A stretch of 63,979 nt of DNA, filler included, from Hausera hauseri (GCA_046269625.1; 11 parts of 11 records of this genome joined end to end with filler, not necessarily neighbours in it), one strand, 5' to 3'. Shown: positions 12,700 to 26,456, numbered from the whole stretch's first letter. Notes: generated by a model not told the origin, from the letters alone. Numbers and translations are program-made.

Positions 12700-14390
12700 G
12701 TAATCGAACTTCTGACGTCATAATCGGACTCCATATACATCATTTCTTATCTACCTATGCTTAAAGATTTGTCGATTTTCGCACCCTTCACCTTGAATAT
12801 CAAATTAATTAAAGCACACACATACTTGTGAATTTCTGAATGTTAATTTTTTCGGTAGATATTCATCGAACGTGGTCCATTTTACTTCTATACAAGGTTT
12901 TGACAGATGTAGAATCGATTAAAACCACCAGATTCTTCGAATATTGCATTCCCGATCGATTTTTCGAGTTCGAATCGATAACTATTAGATTTTAAATAGT
13001 ATTCGAATATCTAACACCATATTCGGATTCTCCACATATGCTTTCCTATCTGTGTGCGCTTAAAGATTTATCGCTTCTTTCACTCTTCTCTTTTAATTTC
13101 ACCTTTTAAGATTACCCAATTAATTAAAACAAATAAGCACCGTTGAATTACATAATATTTATTATATAATTTTTGCCATATTGGCAAACCTTGTTTTAAT
13201 TGACAACGATGCACTGCATTGCCATAACTTTGATTTCCTTATAGGTTTTCGCATATGGGAAATGTATTGGACTGATCAGATTCTTCAAATAACGTATGCT
13301 TGATCGAGTTTTAGAGTTCGAGTCGATAATTATTCAATTTCAAATAATGTATTCGAATATCTAACACCAGATTCAGAATCTTTATATATGGATTCCTATC
13401 TATGTACGCTTAAAGATGTATTGATTTCAGTGTGCTTCACCTCCAATTTCACCGTCAATTGTGCAATCAAACTAAGTACCTTTTAATTACTTCGTATTTT
13501 TATGTACTTTTTACTTGTTATTAAACCTTGTTTTAATAAACCTCGGTGCACTGCACCGCGCCAATATTTATTGTCCTATAGGTTTCCGCGCATGTAGAAT
13601 CGATTAAAGACATCAGATTCTTCGAATAATGCATGCTTGACCAAACATTATCGAAATTTTCTGTGTTATTTATTTCGAGACACTTGTGCATACTTTACAC
13701 ACCAAAAGTTTGGTCTACAAAGGTTTTCGGACATGGGAAATCCGACTGTACTATTCGAATATTCGAATTCGATCGAAAAATCGGCTTGTTTATTTAAGCC
13801 TCTTTTCGAATATCTGACGTCATATTTGGATTATCCATACATGGGTTTCTATCCCTCTATGCTTTTAGATTTTTCGATTTTTGTTTCTATTCGAATTGAA
13901 AACTAATTCTTCGAAAAGTTCGACTTGTATTCGAGTTTTCAAATATCTGATGTCATAGTCGGATACAGCACATGTTAGTTTCTATGTGTGTACGCTTTTA
14001 CATTTTTCGATTTCCACTTGCTTGTGTGCTCAAATCAACTTTATAGGTTTTATCGGAAAACCGTTATTATTGATTAAAACACACTTATACATGTGCGACC
14101 CATGTGAAAAGTTCTATATAGATGCACTAAGACATGGGAAATCGACGAACACTCTCAGATCTCTCAAAAAATCTATGGGTATCAAGATAATCGATACTAT
14201 TCGATGAAAATCGATATTTATTCGAGTTGTGCACCGAATTTCGGAAATCTGAAATGGAAGACTTGTGTTACAATGTAGCACTTCCTATCTATTCCGGCTT
14301 AAACACTTGTCAAATTTTGACTCCTTGGGATCTAAAAGAACTATGGAAAATCTGCACCAGTTGCACTTTGGATCGATATTATTCAAAATC
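12700..14390. repeat. Diverged ~340-bp tandem repeat array
   Basis: Recurrent blocks GGTTT..CATG(T/G)(A/G)GAA..CAGATTCTTC at ~12896, 13243, 13581, 13722, 14131 and GAATATCT(A/G)AC..CTAT..GCTTAAAGA at ~12715, 13003, 13353, 13806, 13940. Confidence 0.75.
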
Positions 14391-15101
14391 NNNNNNNNNN
14401 NNNNNNNNNNNNNNNNNNNNNNNNNNNNNNNNNNTTAATTAATTAANNNNNNNNNNNNNNNNNNNNNNNNNNNNNNNNNNNNNNNNNNNNTAATCAGAGA
14501 GACATGCAAAATATAATGATGATTAATAATATGAGAAAATTGTTGAACATTTCTTTTGTGGAATTTGCTAAAATTTATAATTCAATGAAGGTGGTAAATA
14601 TTGTACAAGTTCCATGAATGAAGGATTTTTCTATAAATATGGGACACTATTACAACAAGTAATCAGATCATTTATTATAGAAAATGATCAGGATATTTTA
14701 CTAACAAAAGAACGAAATTTTCGTTATGTCAGCATACGTATTATTATAAGAATTGTATTTCACACGTCTCTTTGACTACCTGTTATAATACTGGTGAATA
14801 TCGTACAAGTACCATAAATAAAGGATTTTACTGTAAATATGGGTCATTTTTATAACAATTTCAGAAAATATTTTAGTTGTGTAACACCACAAGTTTTCGT
14901 ACAGCATTAATGTTTTCTGTTTTATTACAAGTACTGCGATAGAAATGCGTTATATTCTTAGATAAATGTATTAATTCCAAAGCATTTTCAAGATATGGCG
15001 TAACTAATTTTTGCATAGGGTTACCTTATTCTGACTTCATGGCAATACATTTTTGTGAGTCATTTCAAAAGTCAAAACAAAAATATTTTTGATCAATCAA
15101 T

Positions 15102-16042
15102 ATGTCAAATTTATGCCAATAAAACGCATGATTCGGGAAGCTTTGTTTTTTCTTGCATTTGAAAAAGTGTCCTTATTAAAGTCAACGAATATAAGAAGCT
15201 TATGGTGATAATTCTAATCGATTTCAACATTTTAGTACTGGTTTCTAAATTTTGAAGGTGGTTTTGAAACAAAAGATAAAGAACCTCTTGGATAACCAAA
15301 CAATCTGAAGATGAAGAATCGGAGTCTTTTGCTGATCAAGAACATCAAATACAAGACAAATTTGACAAATAATTAAATGTTGATCAATAAACGAATTCCT
15401 AACGGTTGAATGTCAGTGGAATGATTGGAAAATAAGGAAATTGTGTGCCGCACGAATTGAATTCAGTAGACGTTGCAAGGCACAAAATGATCTCTGAATT
15501 GTTTTTCCAAACACAAATAAAAGTTTGTGATGAAAAATGCTTACGCTACGGTAATCCGATGCGTAAAAATTACGGTGCAGACTAAGTGAACCATCAACAT
15601 CGAGAGCAAAGGCAAATATTCATCGTGTCAAGCTCATGTCTGTATTTGATGGGATCATCTGGGGGAAGTGGATTATAAGCTTCTCTAATCTAACAAAATC
15701 ATAACTGGTAAACACTAAAATCAACAATAGATTCCACTGATCCGAGCATTGAAGCAAAACGGCCAGATAACGCGAAGAGGCACGAAAAAGTGATTTGCTA
15801 ATATGACAATCTTCGACCATATGTTACAATACAGTCACTGAAATGTTAGAACTTTTAAAAAGGAACGTCATACCACACTCATAATATTCTCTAAGATATT
15901 GCTCCTTCCGATTAGCACCTATTTCGATTGATGACTCATGGCCTATCTGAACAGTGTTTTTTATTCTTTCGACATGGAATTCATCAATTACCAGAAAATG
16001 GAGTGGAAAGTAATAGCTAGCGATCGACATTATTTTCAATGA
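15102..16042 (+). mobile_element. Decayed mariner (Mos1-like DD34D) transposase, not shown by the ORF track
   Basis: Manual translation across stops and frameshifts: EAYGD, CVPHELN (WVPHEL), CDEKCLRYGNP, KRPDNAKRHEKVIC*YDN, YS*DIAPSD*HLF (YSPDLAPSD), KVIASDRHYFQ*. Confidence 0.9.
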
Positions 16043-17058
16043 TCTATTTATAATCATTGTTTGTAATACAGTCGCGTTTTTAACATAAAATGCTTTAAAA
16101 TCAATGCATTCGACCAATAATGGGAAAGAAGGCTCGAGTTGTTCTTAATGACCCATGAAAATCAAATCCGTTATACTCATCTAAATAAATATATCTGATG
16201 GTCATTTCCAACATAAGACCAAATGTATACTGAACACATTACTTTGAAACATTTTAATTGTTTAATCCATGTAACTATTGACATTATTGTCAGACTCTTA
16301 GGCATGTGCTGCAAATATATTCAGATGCACTGTCGTTGTTTATTGTGTCAAATATACTTTGACCTTTTTCATTAATTAATCGATATCAGATCTAACTATA
16401 TACAATCTAATACGTTGAATTATATTAGATGTTTCATCGAAATACATAAATGATTAAAAATAATTCGATATTTTGAATAAATAAATGAATAATAAAATGA
16501 GATTGGCTCATTTAGTAAAATATACATTTCACCAAAGCGTTTGTAACCTTCAATTTGAAAATTCTGCTTAAACAAACATGTTCACTTCAATTGACAGGCA
16601 ATGTCAATGTTTAACTGTTGCGTATTTCGAACTATTCATATGTAGGGGACACTTCACGTGATCTCTTCACAAGACTTAGAGAATATTTTAATGATCAAGA
16701 TAAGATAGTGTAACTAACACGGGATTATTTCTTACACAGGGTTTTTTTAACAATTAGTGTGAGGCATGCAAAATATTCTGGTTAATAATGAGAAAACGTT
16801 GCAAACGAATTCAAAATAGCATAAATTGTCAACCTTAATTTGAACACTTGTATTAATCGTTCGCCAACGTTTCTTTGTTCGTTTAAGAAGTTTTAGAATT
16901 TAAGAATCACGGTGTACCAAAAACGTTTTTTTTTCATTTGAACTCCATTCATTTTCAACTGTATTTTCAATTGTACTTAGTAGTATACTGGAATGTATCT
17001 GGATATCTTGAAATATTATCAAGATGATTGGGAAATTATTTACGGTGGAATTTTTTAG

Positions 17059-17845
17059 TGAAAAATTCTGCTGCCCATATTGAATCGGCAATAATGAAAT
17101 CACAAAGCTCAGGACTGTCACATCCGAAAGATGGAAAAGAAGAATTTTCATTGAAATCGAATAATAAACCTAGTTCTGATCTAGTTTTATTGGACTTAGA
17201 TCCGCAACCTTTCAGCAATAGTCAACCTCAGTTCATATCACAAGAAGTTGCGGATATATTCGGTGTTTCCACCAATGTAGCAGTGAATAAACCAGTAGCC
17301 ATGTCTAATGATCCCTTTGGTCCAAATGCACAGTTTTCTCAATCAGGTATTTCATTTATCCCTAATGACCTGGTAAAGTTTGTAAAGGAAGCAAAGATTT
17401 CAATTTCGACAAGGCGTTTGGTGTAAATTCTAAATTTAAAAACGGTAAAGCTTATCGATATGTGCATAAGAAGTTTCTTTACCTCAACTCATTGTGCCGT
17501 TTGTAATACTCAACAATTGTAGACGATAGTAGAACTTCAGTTACCGGAATTGCTTATCAGCCACATAAAGAACCAGAAGTTGTTCAACCTCCTGTTAAAT
17601 TGTCGCTCGATGCAAAATTGGCGTCTCTCGTTGGGAACCTTGATATTAGCCCAGGAACTAGAATCCATTCAAATAATATTACATCAGTAAATTGGAGTAA
17701 CTCGGCAACGAAATCAGTATTGACGATTTTCATTTTCCCAATGTAACATTTGGTTATTTGATTTCAGAGTTTTGATACAGCTCAAAACAAAGGAAATTCA
17801 GTAAATTGGTCAGTAGGTAACACTCCGCGAACTCAACAAACACAG
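17059..17845 (+). CDS. PICALM: C-terminal exons of a PICALM/AP180 (SNAP91)-like clathrin assembly protein
   Basis: In-frame exons ~17059-17346, 17523-17716, 17768-17845; LLDLD clathrin box, DPF and DIF motifs; LDAKLASLVGNLDI..VNWS matches the LDSSLANLVGNLGI..VNWS motif of PICALM. Confidence 0.75.
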
Positions 17846-18722
17846 GTGACTTTTATATACTTATTTACAGGGATACGCAAAATGTGGGTTTTATTGGGAA
17901 GTAGGCTTGTTAGAAGTCCTGCATTTGTAAAGTCTGCTTAAAATGTGCATTGTAAAAATTTTGCTTAACTTACCATATATTATTTAAACATCTAAATTTA
18001 TTCATTATGAGCAAAGTTTATTTACCAAAATGCACGCTTGTAAAATGTAAAACAAAAAGTCAAATTGATTCAATTCACAAATGATTTCGATACAAAAATA
18101 TTGCATTCGTAGCATTTATATTTGTCAGGTATATAAAATTTAACAAGTACAACTATATCAATGAAGTTGTGTTATTTAAATGCTTCCTCCAAAATTACCT
18201 TTTTAAACATTGTTCACGATTTCCAGAGTAAATAAACATAGTTCATCATTTTTGGTTGTATTACCGAAATAAATTTTGCTTATATTGTTAATTATTATTT
18301 TAGCAATGAAAATAATTCATCATCGAATATTATACGAGTTTTCTGATGGAAATTATCTGAAAATGTTATAAAGATAAATTTTTCAGAAATTTATTTAATT
18401 ATTCCAAGTGGAAGTTATAAAGATTTCTTGTATTTTTCACACAAACTATATACTTATATTGTGTACACACCTCCACATGCTGTTCGTTAAATTTTGTATA
18501 TTTATAGAGATTTGAATAATTTTTCATTAATAAAATTCGGACATTAATTTTATAGCTGAGACAGAGTCGTTTGTACGGACTTTGTCACGCATTTCCAAAC
18601 AAAATCTGGCAACCCTAACTCCTTAGAACATTTTGCGTTAAAAATAGACCGATTGTACAATTTCTGGGACATTTATGTACAATTTGTGCAGTAAGAGCAT
18701 CGTGTTAATAATAAAGTCCTAC

Positions 18723-19213
18723 CTTGCATGTATCAATGTGAAAACAAGTATTGAGAAAGGAACAATCACCTAGGGATTCTAAACAAAAAGTATTAATAGA
18801 AAACCCTCTGAATATGCGAAACGCACCATCTGTATGAGCTTGGATGATTTTACGGAAATGTAACTTATTACATACTTCGTTAACTTTGGAACATTCCTCT
18901 TTTGTTCCGTAGTGACAGAACTGCTGTACACTACTGCCTGAAAATGTTTCAATAATTAAAGCACTTCAGTGATTACCCCTTTGTGATTTGAAACGCTCTA
19001 TCAGCGACTGCTCCTAAAGAAGATGCTCAATTTAAATATTCAATTAGGAAACTTTAGCAGAAGGACGATTTAATAGGTCATTTATTTCATCATTAATACG
19101 TTTGGTTTCCTTTTCCTTCGCTGTCTGTGCTCCCAATAAATTCTTTGACAAGTTCAGTAAGAGAATAAAAAATTTAACACCTTACTTCGATATTCTCCAA
19201 TCTCTCTAAATCC
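18723..19213 (-). CDS. METTL3: METTL3 (m6A methyltransferase) N-terminal/CCCH zinc-finger exons; MT-A70 domain not seen
   Basis: Exons 19213-19186, 19142-19053, 19013-18977, 18937-18827, 18778-18723 with 39-48-nt GT-AG introns splice to TAKEKETKRINDEINDLLNRPSAKEQSLIERFKS..VQQFCHYGTKEEC..CNKLHFRKIIQAHTDESLGDCSFLNTCFHIDTCK. Confidence 0.92.
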
Positions 19214-19617
19214 CTGAAAATTGAAATAAAATATTTAAAGTCATTTGAGAAGAAAAGGTGTTCCACATTTTAATGTTGTGACGAAATGACAGATCACTTG
19301 ATGAATGATTTTCGACTGGCTCATCAATTTAACAAGAGCAGGGTATTTTTAAGACTTCGTAGTTCTAATAATTTATTTTTGTGTTTACATTTCGTGAATG
19401 TGTGTAAAATTATTGTAAGTGTGTATTCATGCAATATCATTTTGCATTAGTAAATGTGTGTAATAACATCATCCAATTAAATTTCAATATTGCATNNNNN
19501 NNNNNNNNNNNNNNNNNNNNNNNNNNNNNNNNNNNNNNNTTAATTAATTAANNNNNNNNNNNNNNNNNNNNNNNNNNNNNNNNNNNNNNNNNNNNCAATA
19601 AAAATATCTCCAATGGT

Positions 19618-20424
19618 TTGTATATTTCCTTCTGTGTTAATCACGAAGCCAATCGTACACGTTATAATGCCGATGATCTATTGGTAACCACATCAGCTTC
19701 TGATGAGAGTTTTAGTGAAAATTTGGAAGTTGTTGATTACCGGAGTTCGCTTTTAACCGAGAGATCTAACATGAAGTTCGCTAAATCTTCAACTGATTCT
19801 CCTACAAACAAGGCAATGGACATTTTAGAAATGTATTTTGAACATATGCGTTGCGATAATGATTGCGAAGTTCTTTTGAAATCTAACAAAAATCTTGAAA
19901 ATCCTCGTACAAGTTTATCAAAAAACAAAGATGATTTTAGTTCATCAACAGGTTTTACAAATCGCTCCTCAAGTTTCAATCAAAGTATTGACATCGATAG
20001 TGGGAATAGACAATTTGATGATGAGAATTTCATAGATAGATTAAATGCATCATATGGAATGGAATCTTTTATTCAAAATGATAAGGAAAATATCTCTTAT
20101 GTTGAGATTAATAATTCAGTGCAAAGTATGGAAAACGCTCACCAAATCAAGTATATATCTTTGGTTGAAGATTTCAATATTTCTGACATTAATCAGCTTT
20201 CCTTATCTCCCCATGACAAAATGCTTGTAAATCGTGAAAGTTTTAATATTTTTGTAAATGATCAGATTTCTTCGAAGGCCGGTTCCAAGTCAGAAAGGTC
20301 TCTGAAAGACTGTATAGACCTTTTGAACAGGAAATCTAATTTTGATCATTACTACTCTGTGAATTCTTCTCATAGCGACAATCAAACTTCATTCTCTGAA
20401 AGAGAAATATTGCGCAAATGTTGA
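19618..20424 (+). CDS. Ser/Asn/Asp-rich uncharacterised host-like ORF fragment
   Basis: 268-aa open frame in AT-rich DNA, continuing with frameshifts to ~20715; no recognisable domain. Confidence 0.45.
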   Translation: MYISFCVNHEANRTRYNADDLLVTTSASDESFSENLEVVDYRSSLLTERSNMKFAKSSTDSPTNKAMDILEMYFEHMRCDNDCEVLLKSNKNLENPRTSLSKNKDDFSSSTGFTNRSSSFNQSIDIDSGNRQFDDENFIDRLNASYGMESFIQNDKENISYVEINNSVQSMENAHQIKYISLVEDFNISDINQLSLSPHDKMLVNRESFNIFVNDQISSKAGSKSERSLKDCIDLLNRKSNFDHYYSVNSSHSDNQTSFSEREILRKC

Positions 20425-20718
20425 ATAATACAACAAGCCAATGTAGATTAACGTCTGAAAAATCGTATTCAAATAATTATGTAGATGATTCGAACATTGA
20501 GAATAAGGCTGAGTATTATGATTCTCATTGCGACAAAGCAAATATAATTCTGTTTGACAACGACCCATCTGCAATGAACACTCAAGAAATTCAGTTAGAA
20601 ACGGGTCAAAACCGAAAATTTTTTTGTTTGAACCCGACGTTTCCGCAAAATCTATTGATGATCATGGCCAACCGTATGTTATCCAACGAAGTGTTGATAT
20701 GCTTTTTGATGAGTTAAA

Positions 20719-23340
20719 TACTTGTCGAAATTTAATTTTGATGTCAAACATATTAATGGAGTTAACAATTTGATTGCTGATTTTTTATCTAGGTCGGTTA
20801 TTTCTATTAATTTTTCTCCGATTTTTACGCAAGAAGAACTCCAACAGAACCAGCCACCTCCAGACATGCTGAAGTCTTTCAAATCTTGCACAATCGTTGA
20901 TGGTGTGGCTTTAGACACCTCCAAATCAGGCCATTCAGTAATAATTCTAGCACCTTCACTGTAAAGACAGGCATTTCACCACGTACATTTTTTACACCAT
21001 CCTGGTGCTAAAGCCACCTTTCGTCTACTGCACCGACAGGTCATATGGCCGTCAATGCGTTCTGATGTGCAGGCATGAATTAAGGAGTGTGTGGCATGCC
21101 AAAAATACAAAACAACTAAGCATTTAAAGCCACCACTATTTTACTTCCCCTGCACATCGCGTTTTAAGTCCGCGCATATCGACATCGTTGGTCCTCTTCC
21201 TCCAGACAACGGTCATCAATTCATCCTCACCATGATGGGCCAGAAGCTATTCCTTTGTGAAGCACAAACACCGACACCATAGCTGACGTTTTCATCCGCA
21301 CATGGATTAGCAGGTTTGGATCACCTCGCTTCATCATCACAAACCAGGGTCCACAGTTTGAATCCAACGTGTTCAAATCCCTTGTTAACCGATTGGGGGT
21401 CCACCATATACATACTACGCCTTATCACCCCCAATAGAATGACCTCCTAGAACGTTTCCACCGTACATTGAAAACGTCACTAAGAATTCTCGCAGAGTCC
21501 TACAGTAGTTGGACGAATCTTCTTCTGTTCGTTCTGCTTGGCTGGCGGAACACTCCGTCCACTTCTACAGGATGCTCACCTACTGAAGCTTTATTTGGAG
21601 CTCCTGTCCGCTTATTATTCGAACTAACAGCCCTAGACGACTGTTGGTTATATAATTGATATCTGTAACGATAAAATAATCCAGACGATTGAAATGGCAT
21701 TAAAAATAGGTAATTGACATATAAAATTCCAAAATTATTCGACTGAAATGCTACATCCGCAAATAAACAGTAAATAATTCAAAATGTCTAAAGATCGGTT
21801 TATTTAGTTTGTGCAGAACAATCATAAAAACATAATTACAATATTTAAACAAAAATCACATTTTTCGGATAAGTGTGACGAAATGAAATAGGCACAACGT
21901 TAAAAAGCCAAATGTTCACTTGGAACTAAAGATATTGATGCATCCATAGCGGCCGAAATTTCAATATCGCTGAAACCATTAACTGGATCTCCATCAGGAT
22001 CAAATATAGGATTTGACAAATTAATACTTGATTCACTACAATCTGATAGTTCCAACACTGAAAATTCTAATTTCTTTGACAAACTAAATAGATAACAATC
22101 GGAACCAAATATTAAAATAAACGATTTCATCTATCAAAGCAAATTCAAATGCACACGTTACATGAGTAGTGACGGATATTATATCATTGAATTATTACAG
22201 TCGCCCATTTGATTCGATATCAGATTTTGTTGGTTTTAATTTTTCTAATGACAGTTTGTTTGCGTGAAAATCACTTTCATCAAAAAATTTTCGTTTGCTC
22301 GACTTCGAAATTTTACAAGAACTGATCTGTATTTCGAAGGTAAAAGTATAATCGACGGCCTCCGAACAAATAGAATAATAAGCTAACATCAAGATTTCCT
22401 TTGTTGACTCAAATCCATGGTAAATAATGATTATATTTTCCATCATTCCTAGACTTTCTCGGATGCCGATATGATATAGAAGTGTTCTTTGTTGACTCTT
22501 TGTATTCATGTCTAGTATAACCATATCCGCATTGCAGAACGTATCCGATGCTGTTGTTGATCCATAATCCAGCTGGTTAAATAGTATCGTTACAAGAGTG
22601 GGATTCGATCTATTGCATGTTTTTTCGATTTCATCAAATGCACGTTTACGGAAACCGCTTATTTGGGAATCATTACACGATATGTTTTCCTCAAAATCAG
22701 TTACGCAATCTCTTCATCGTGTAACTTAAAATTTTTACTATTTTGATATCGACGAATATTTATATTGAATCCATCTGTCAAAATTTCTCTAATATTCGAA
22801 TTAGTGCTGTTTATAACAACCTGTTGAACAAAACGATCAAATAATTCCAAATATGAGTATCCGTTTTCTTTTATCAGAGGTAAAGGGAACAGGTGGTATA
22901 GCCTTTAATCTGATTTATGAACGCTCCATCATTGCCACTTCGAGGCTGAAAACCGGGGGCCGTCTATGCGCCCGACGCGCCAGCAGCGGAAAACCTGACC
23001 GTGCCCAACCGAATGGGCCGGAAGGCAACAGTCAGCGCGGGCACCACAACGACACTCCCACAGATGAGATGATACGGGCGGCGCAAAACTACTTCGTCGA
23101 GGTCAGCAAAGATTCGTTCTGCAGGCTACTTCACAAAGACAAAACATACTTACCCAAAGATTTGTATTCGGCTAAATTCGCATGGCTGAAGAATCAAGCT
23201 CCTTGTGGTTTCCAGCCACGGTACCTGGGGCCCCACAAACTGTTACAGCTGCACTCGCATAACGCCATCATCTCAAAAAACGGTAAAGACTTTACAGTAC
23301 ACATTACTAACATAAAGCCCGCTTTCTTTGTCGACAACAC
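20719..23340 (+). mobile_element. Ty3/Gypsy pol remnant (RNase H end and integrase), split by an insertion at 21642-23048
   Basis: FDVKHINGVNNLIADFLSR; HHCC finger HFLHHPG..WPSM..CVACQ; HIDIVGPLP; NQGPQFES; TTPYHPQ; ERFHRTLK; after the insertion, GPY/F module QPRYLGPHKLL..IKPAF. Confidence 0.93.
21642..23048. mobile_element. 1407-bp solo-LTR-like insertion (TGT...ACA) with 5-bp TSD ACGAC
   Basis: ACGAC at 21637-21641 and 23049-23053; removing it restores the in-frame integrase LTALDD|TPTDEMIRAAQNYF. Confidence 0.85.
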
Positions 23341-24994
23341 CATACCAACCGATACTTCAACCTTTTTTCTTACTCCTCCACTCCCTGCCATCACTACATC
23401 TATTGCTACATCATTTCCACCTTCCTCTTCTGCGCCTAATCTTGCTACATCATTTACGACACTTTCTACTTCTATTCCTACCACTCCTTCTATATCATCT
23501 TCCTCTTCCACTCTTTCACTCAACACAATTCCAATTTCTACTCCAACCTTTTCTTCTCTTCTTTTATCCACCACTACACCTTTCATCACTCCTTCGTCTT
23601 CTAGCACTCTTTTCAACGCCTTTAACCATCCGTCTTCAACAATTCCTCTTCCTTCTTTGTCTTCTTCTCTTTATTATGACTTACCTTCGCATGACACAAC
23701 ACCTACACCAAAATCTACCAATTTTTTCGCCAACCTCAATCTCTGCAGACAAACACATTGCTGTCCCGAAAATGTACCACTTGCAGCGAAGAATCAAGTT
23801 GCGCGAGTATATAAATAAATTTGTGAAGACCAATTGAGGAATATTAAAAAGCAGGAAAATTTTACCAATTTTAAGACGAAAATGGTTGTAAAGAAATTGA
23901 GAACTTTCAGTTAAATGGATATCGATTGAATCTACCTGATATTATTTGTGAAAATGTCGATGAATAAATTGGATGCTCACACAACAAACGTTTTCCTATA
24001 ATCTTGTGAACCAGATCGCCGACCGAGTAATTCTTACGCTCAAGAATATAAAAAATATTTCTAGTTCAAATATGAATCTATTCAGCTCCACGACTTCATC
24101 CGGTTTCAGTTGTCCCGTCGACACGAACGATTGTTTCGGTCATTAAATCTTTAAACAGCACGAAATTCAAGAAAACAAAACGATGAAAGACTTGCTGTTT
24201 CTGCTGTCGATCGAGTCAATCCGGTGTAAACATGAGCAAGTGCCAAATTTGCAGAGTTTACTGTGACTATCATTGTGCAAAGTTCCAATTTCAGAAGAAA
24301 TGTTTATACGTTGCAAGATGATAAAAAATTAACGCGAATTGCAAGGTTTTGCTTCAGAGTTTGTTTGACGGGAAATTTAAACGTTCAACGAATAACACAG
24401 ACGCTCAGACGTCATCATTAGCTGTTTTGAAATTTCTTGATTCTCTCAGCGAATCGATCTTTCTGGACTATATTGCGAATGACATCAATGATTCATCGAG
24501 TTCTGATATAAATATAAAATTGTTGCCCAGAGAAAATTTGGACACTAGTTTATATGGTGAACCATTTTAAGACAATTCTCAAATACAAAGAAAAATCAAG
24601 CGTCAAAGTATTGCTCAACCGAATCGAAACATCTTTCGTAAGGGGCAATGTCAAAAGAAGCAAGGTTACTCAAGTCACTGATTTATTACTTCAAGAGAAC
24701 TTGAAGAATTTTTATCTCTATGTCGACATTTTTTTAAGTGATGAATCAACTCCGGATGCAACTCTATGGGCGTTTTTATGTGTAGAACATTTTATAATTA
24801 AAAAAGAAATTTATTGTTGTTTTAATATTGTAGATATGAGTGAACATTTTGTAAGTTAATTTGAATAAATTGATTATTTCAGTTGACATATTTATTGTTG
24901 ATTTTGCGAATCTATTTTGCTGATTTTGAAAATCTATTTTGTGGAATTTGAATTTATACCGTATCTATACTGGAATGTTCATCGGTCTGTAAAT

Positions 24995-25414
24995 CTACAC
25001 AGCCCTTATAAACTTCTTAACCTATTGTCTCGCACGACCATAATACTATGCAAGGACAAACGCTACAACGTCCACATCCCAAATCTTAGACCTGCTTTTT
25101 TCGTCGATCATAATCCGGACTTCTCTACTTCGTCTTCCTCCGCTTCTGTCACTTTCAGTCCATCTTCTGACTTTATCAATGGCTTTGTTTTAACGCAGCA
25201 ATCATTCTTGTTTTACAGTCAACCACTGTCATTTCCTTCATCACCTGCTTTGCTTTCATTGCTCTTTGCGCCTGCATCGCTTGCATCACTTACTTCGCTT
25301 CCTTCGCTTGGCTTGTTTCCTTTCTCATCTTTACAAGCATCATCGGATAATGAACCCAAAAGTCCTACAAACTCTCAATCTCAAACCATCGCTCTGCAAT
25401 CACACACAACGTAA
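24995..25414 (+). mobile_element. Second Gypsy integrase C-terminal (GPY/F) fragment with a Ser/Pro-rich tail
   Basis: HSPYKLL..YNVHIPNLRPAFFVD is paralogous to 23225-23336. Confidence 0.7.
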
Positions 25415-26456
25415 CGCAACAAAGCACGCGGAGAGACATTTAGTACCAATAGTAGGGAAAATCCATAGATGGGATACAACGCCTTATACACAACAAAACC
25501 GGATAGAGACCTGTTAAGGTTTTTTTACTAAATGAAACCACGAAATCAAAATCCTTTAATTATTGAAACTCCAAAAAATAAAATTTTAAATGTGAAAACC
25601 GAAATCCTCAACCCAGAAATTCAAAATCAGACCCAACACATTCGAACTCAGAAATAATACAAATTTACAGGTCAATAAAAACTAACATATTAACATTTAT
25701 TTTGTGATCTGAATTTAGCAGATCTTTGACAAAATATTTTGTGCAGTGCAGACAAATTGACTATGACTGTTATATATTGTATATAAGTAATAAATTCCTT
25801 ATACATATAAATATCTTGTTTTGAATGTTAGATCCCTTCAAGGGTATCTCGGCCATTTCTGTGTAATGTACACAATTTTTTTACCTAAAAGCGGCAATTT
25901 AACTAAATAATGAATTAATTGAACAGTAATAAACATACATACATTGTAAATATTAATATAGAGGTGTAATGAATAAGCACCCCATCGAAATTAAGTTAGA
26001 CATTTTCAACTAGGACATTTTATCGCGGGATAGCGGGGATTGCTCCTTTTCCCAGTTGAAAATATACGGATTTCAAAATAAAATCAAAATTAATTAATTA
26101 TAAAATTAATTAGTAATTTTAAATCTTGATGACTCATACAAGTAATACTATTTCGGACATCATATGATTGTTCATACTTAAATTCATGACGACTCATCTG
26201 AGTCATGAAATTCGAATTTGATATAGATTATCAGGCAGTGACTCAACCCTGTCGTTGAATGGCCGACTTCAAAATTCAGTTTTGAATGATCCAAATTCAA
26301 AAGCATNNNNNNNNNNNNNNNNNNNNNNNNNNNNNNNNNNNNNNNNNNNNTTAATTAATTAANNNNNNNNNNNNNNNNNNNNNNNNNNNNNNNNNNNNNN
26401 NNNNNNCAGTTATTGTTTTATCCGGTAAAAAATAATGTTCATAATTTGCTAAAAAT

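Noticed and set aside
14588-14865. ~200-bp-spaced diverged direct repeat with a partial copy near 16650-16800
   Set aside because: Most likely old TE or satellite debris; no spacer structure or coding signal
22853-23818. 321-aa ORF as a novel mucin-like gene
   Set aside because: It is a chimera of the inserted element end, a Gypsy integrase C-terminus and a pyrimidine-rich tail
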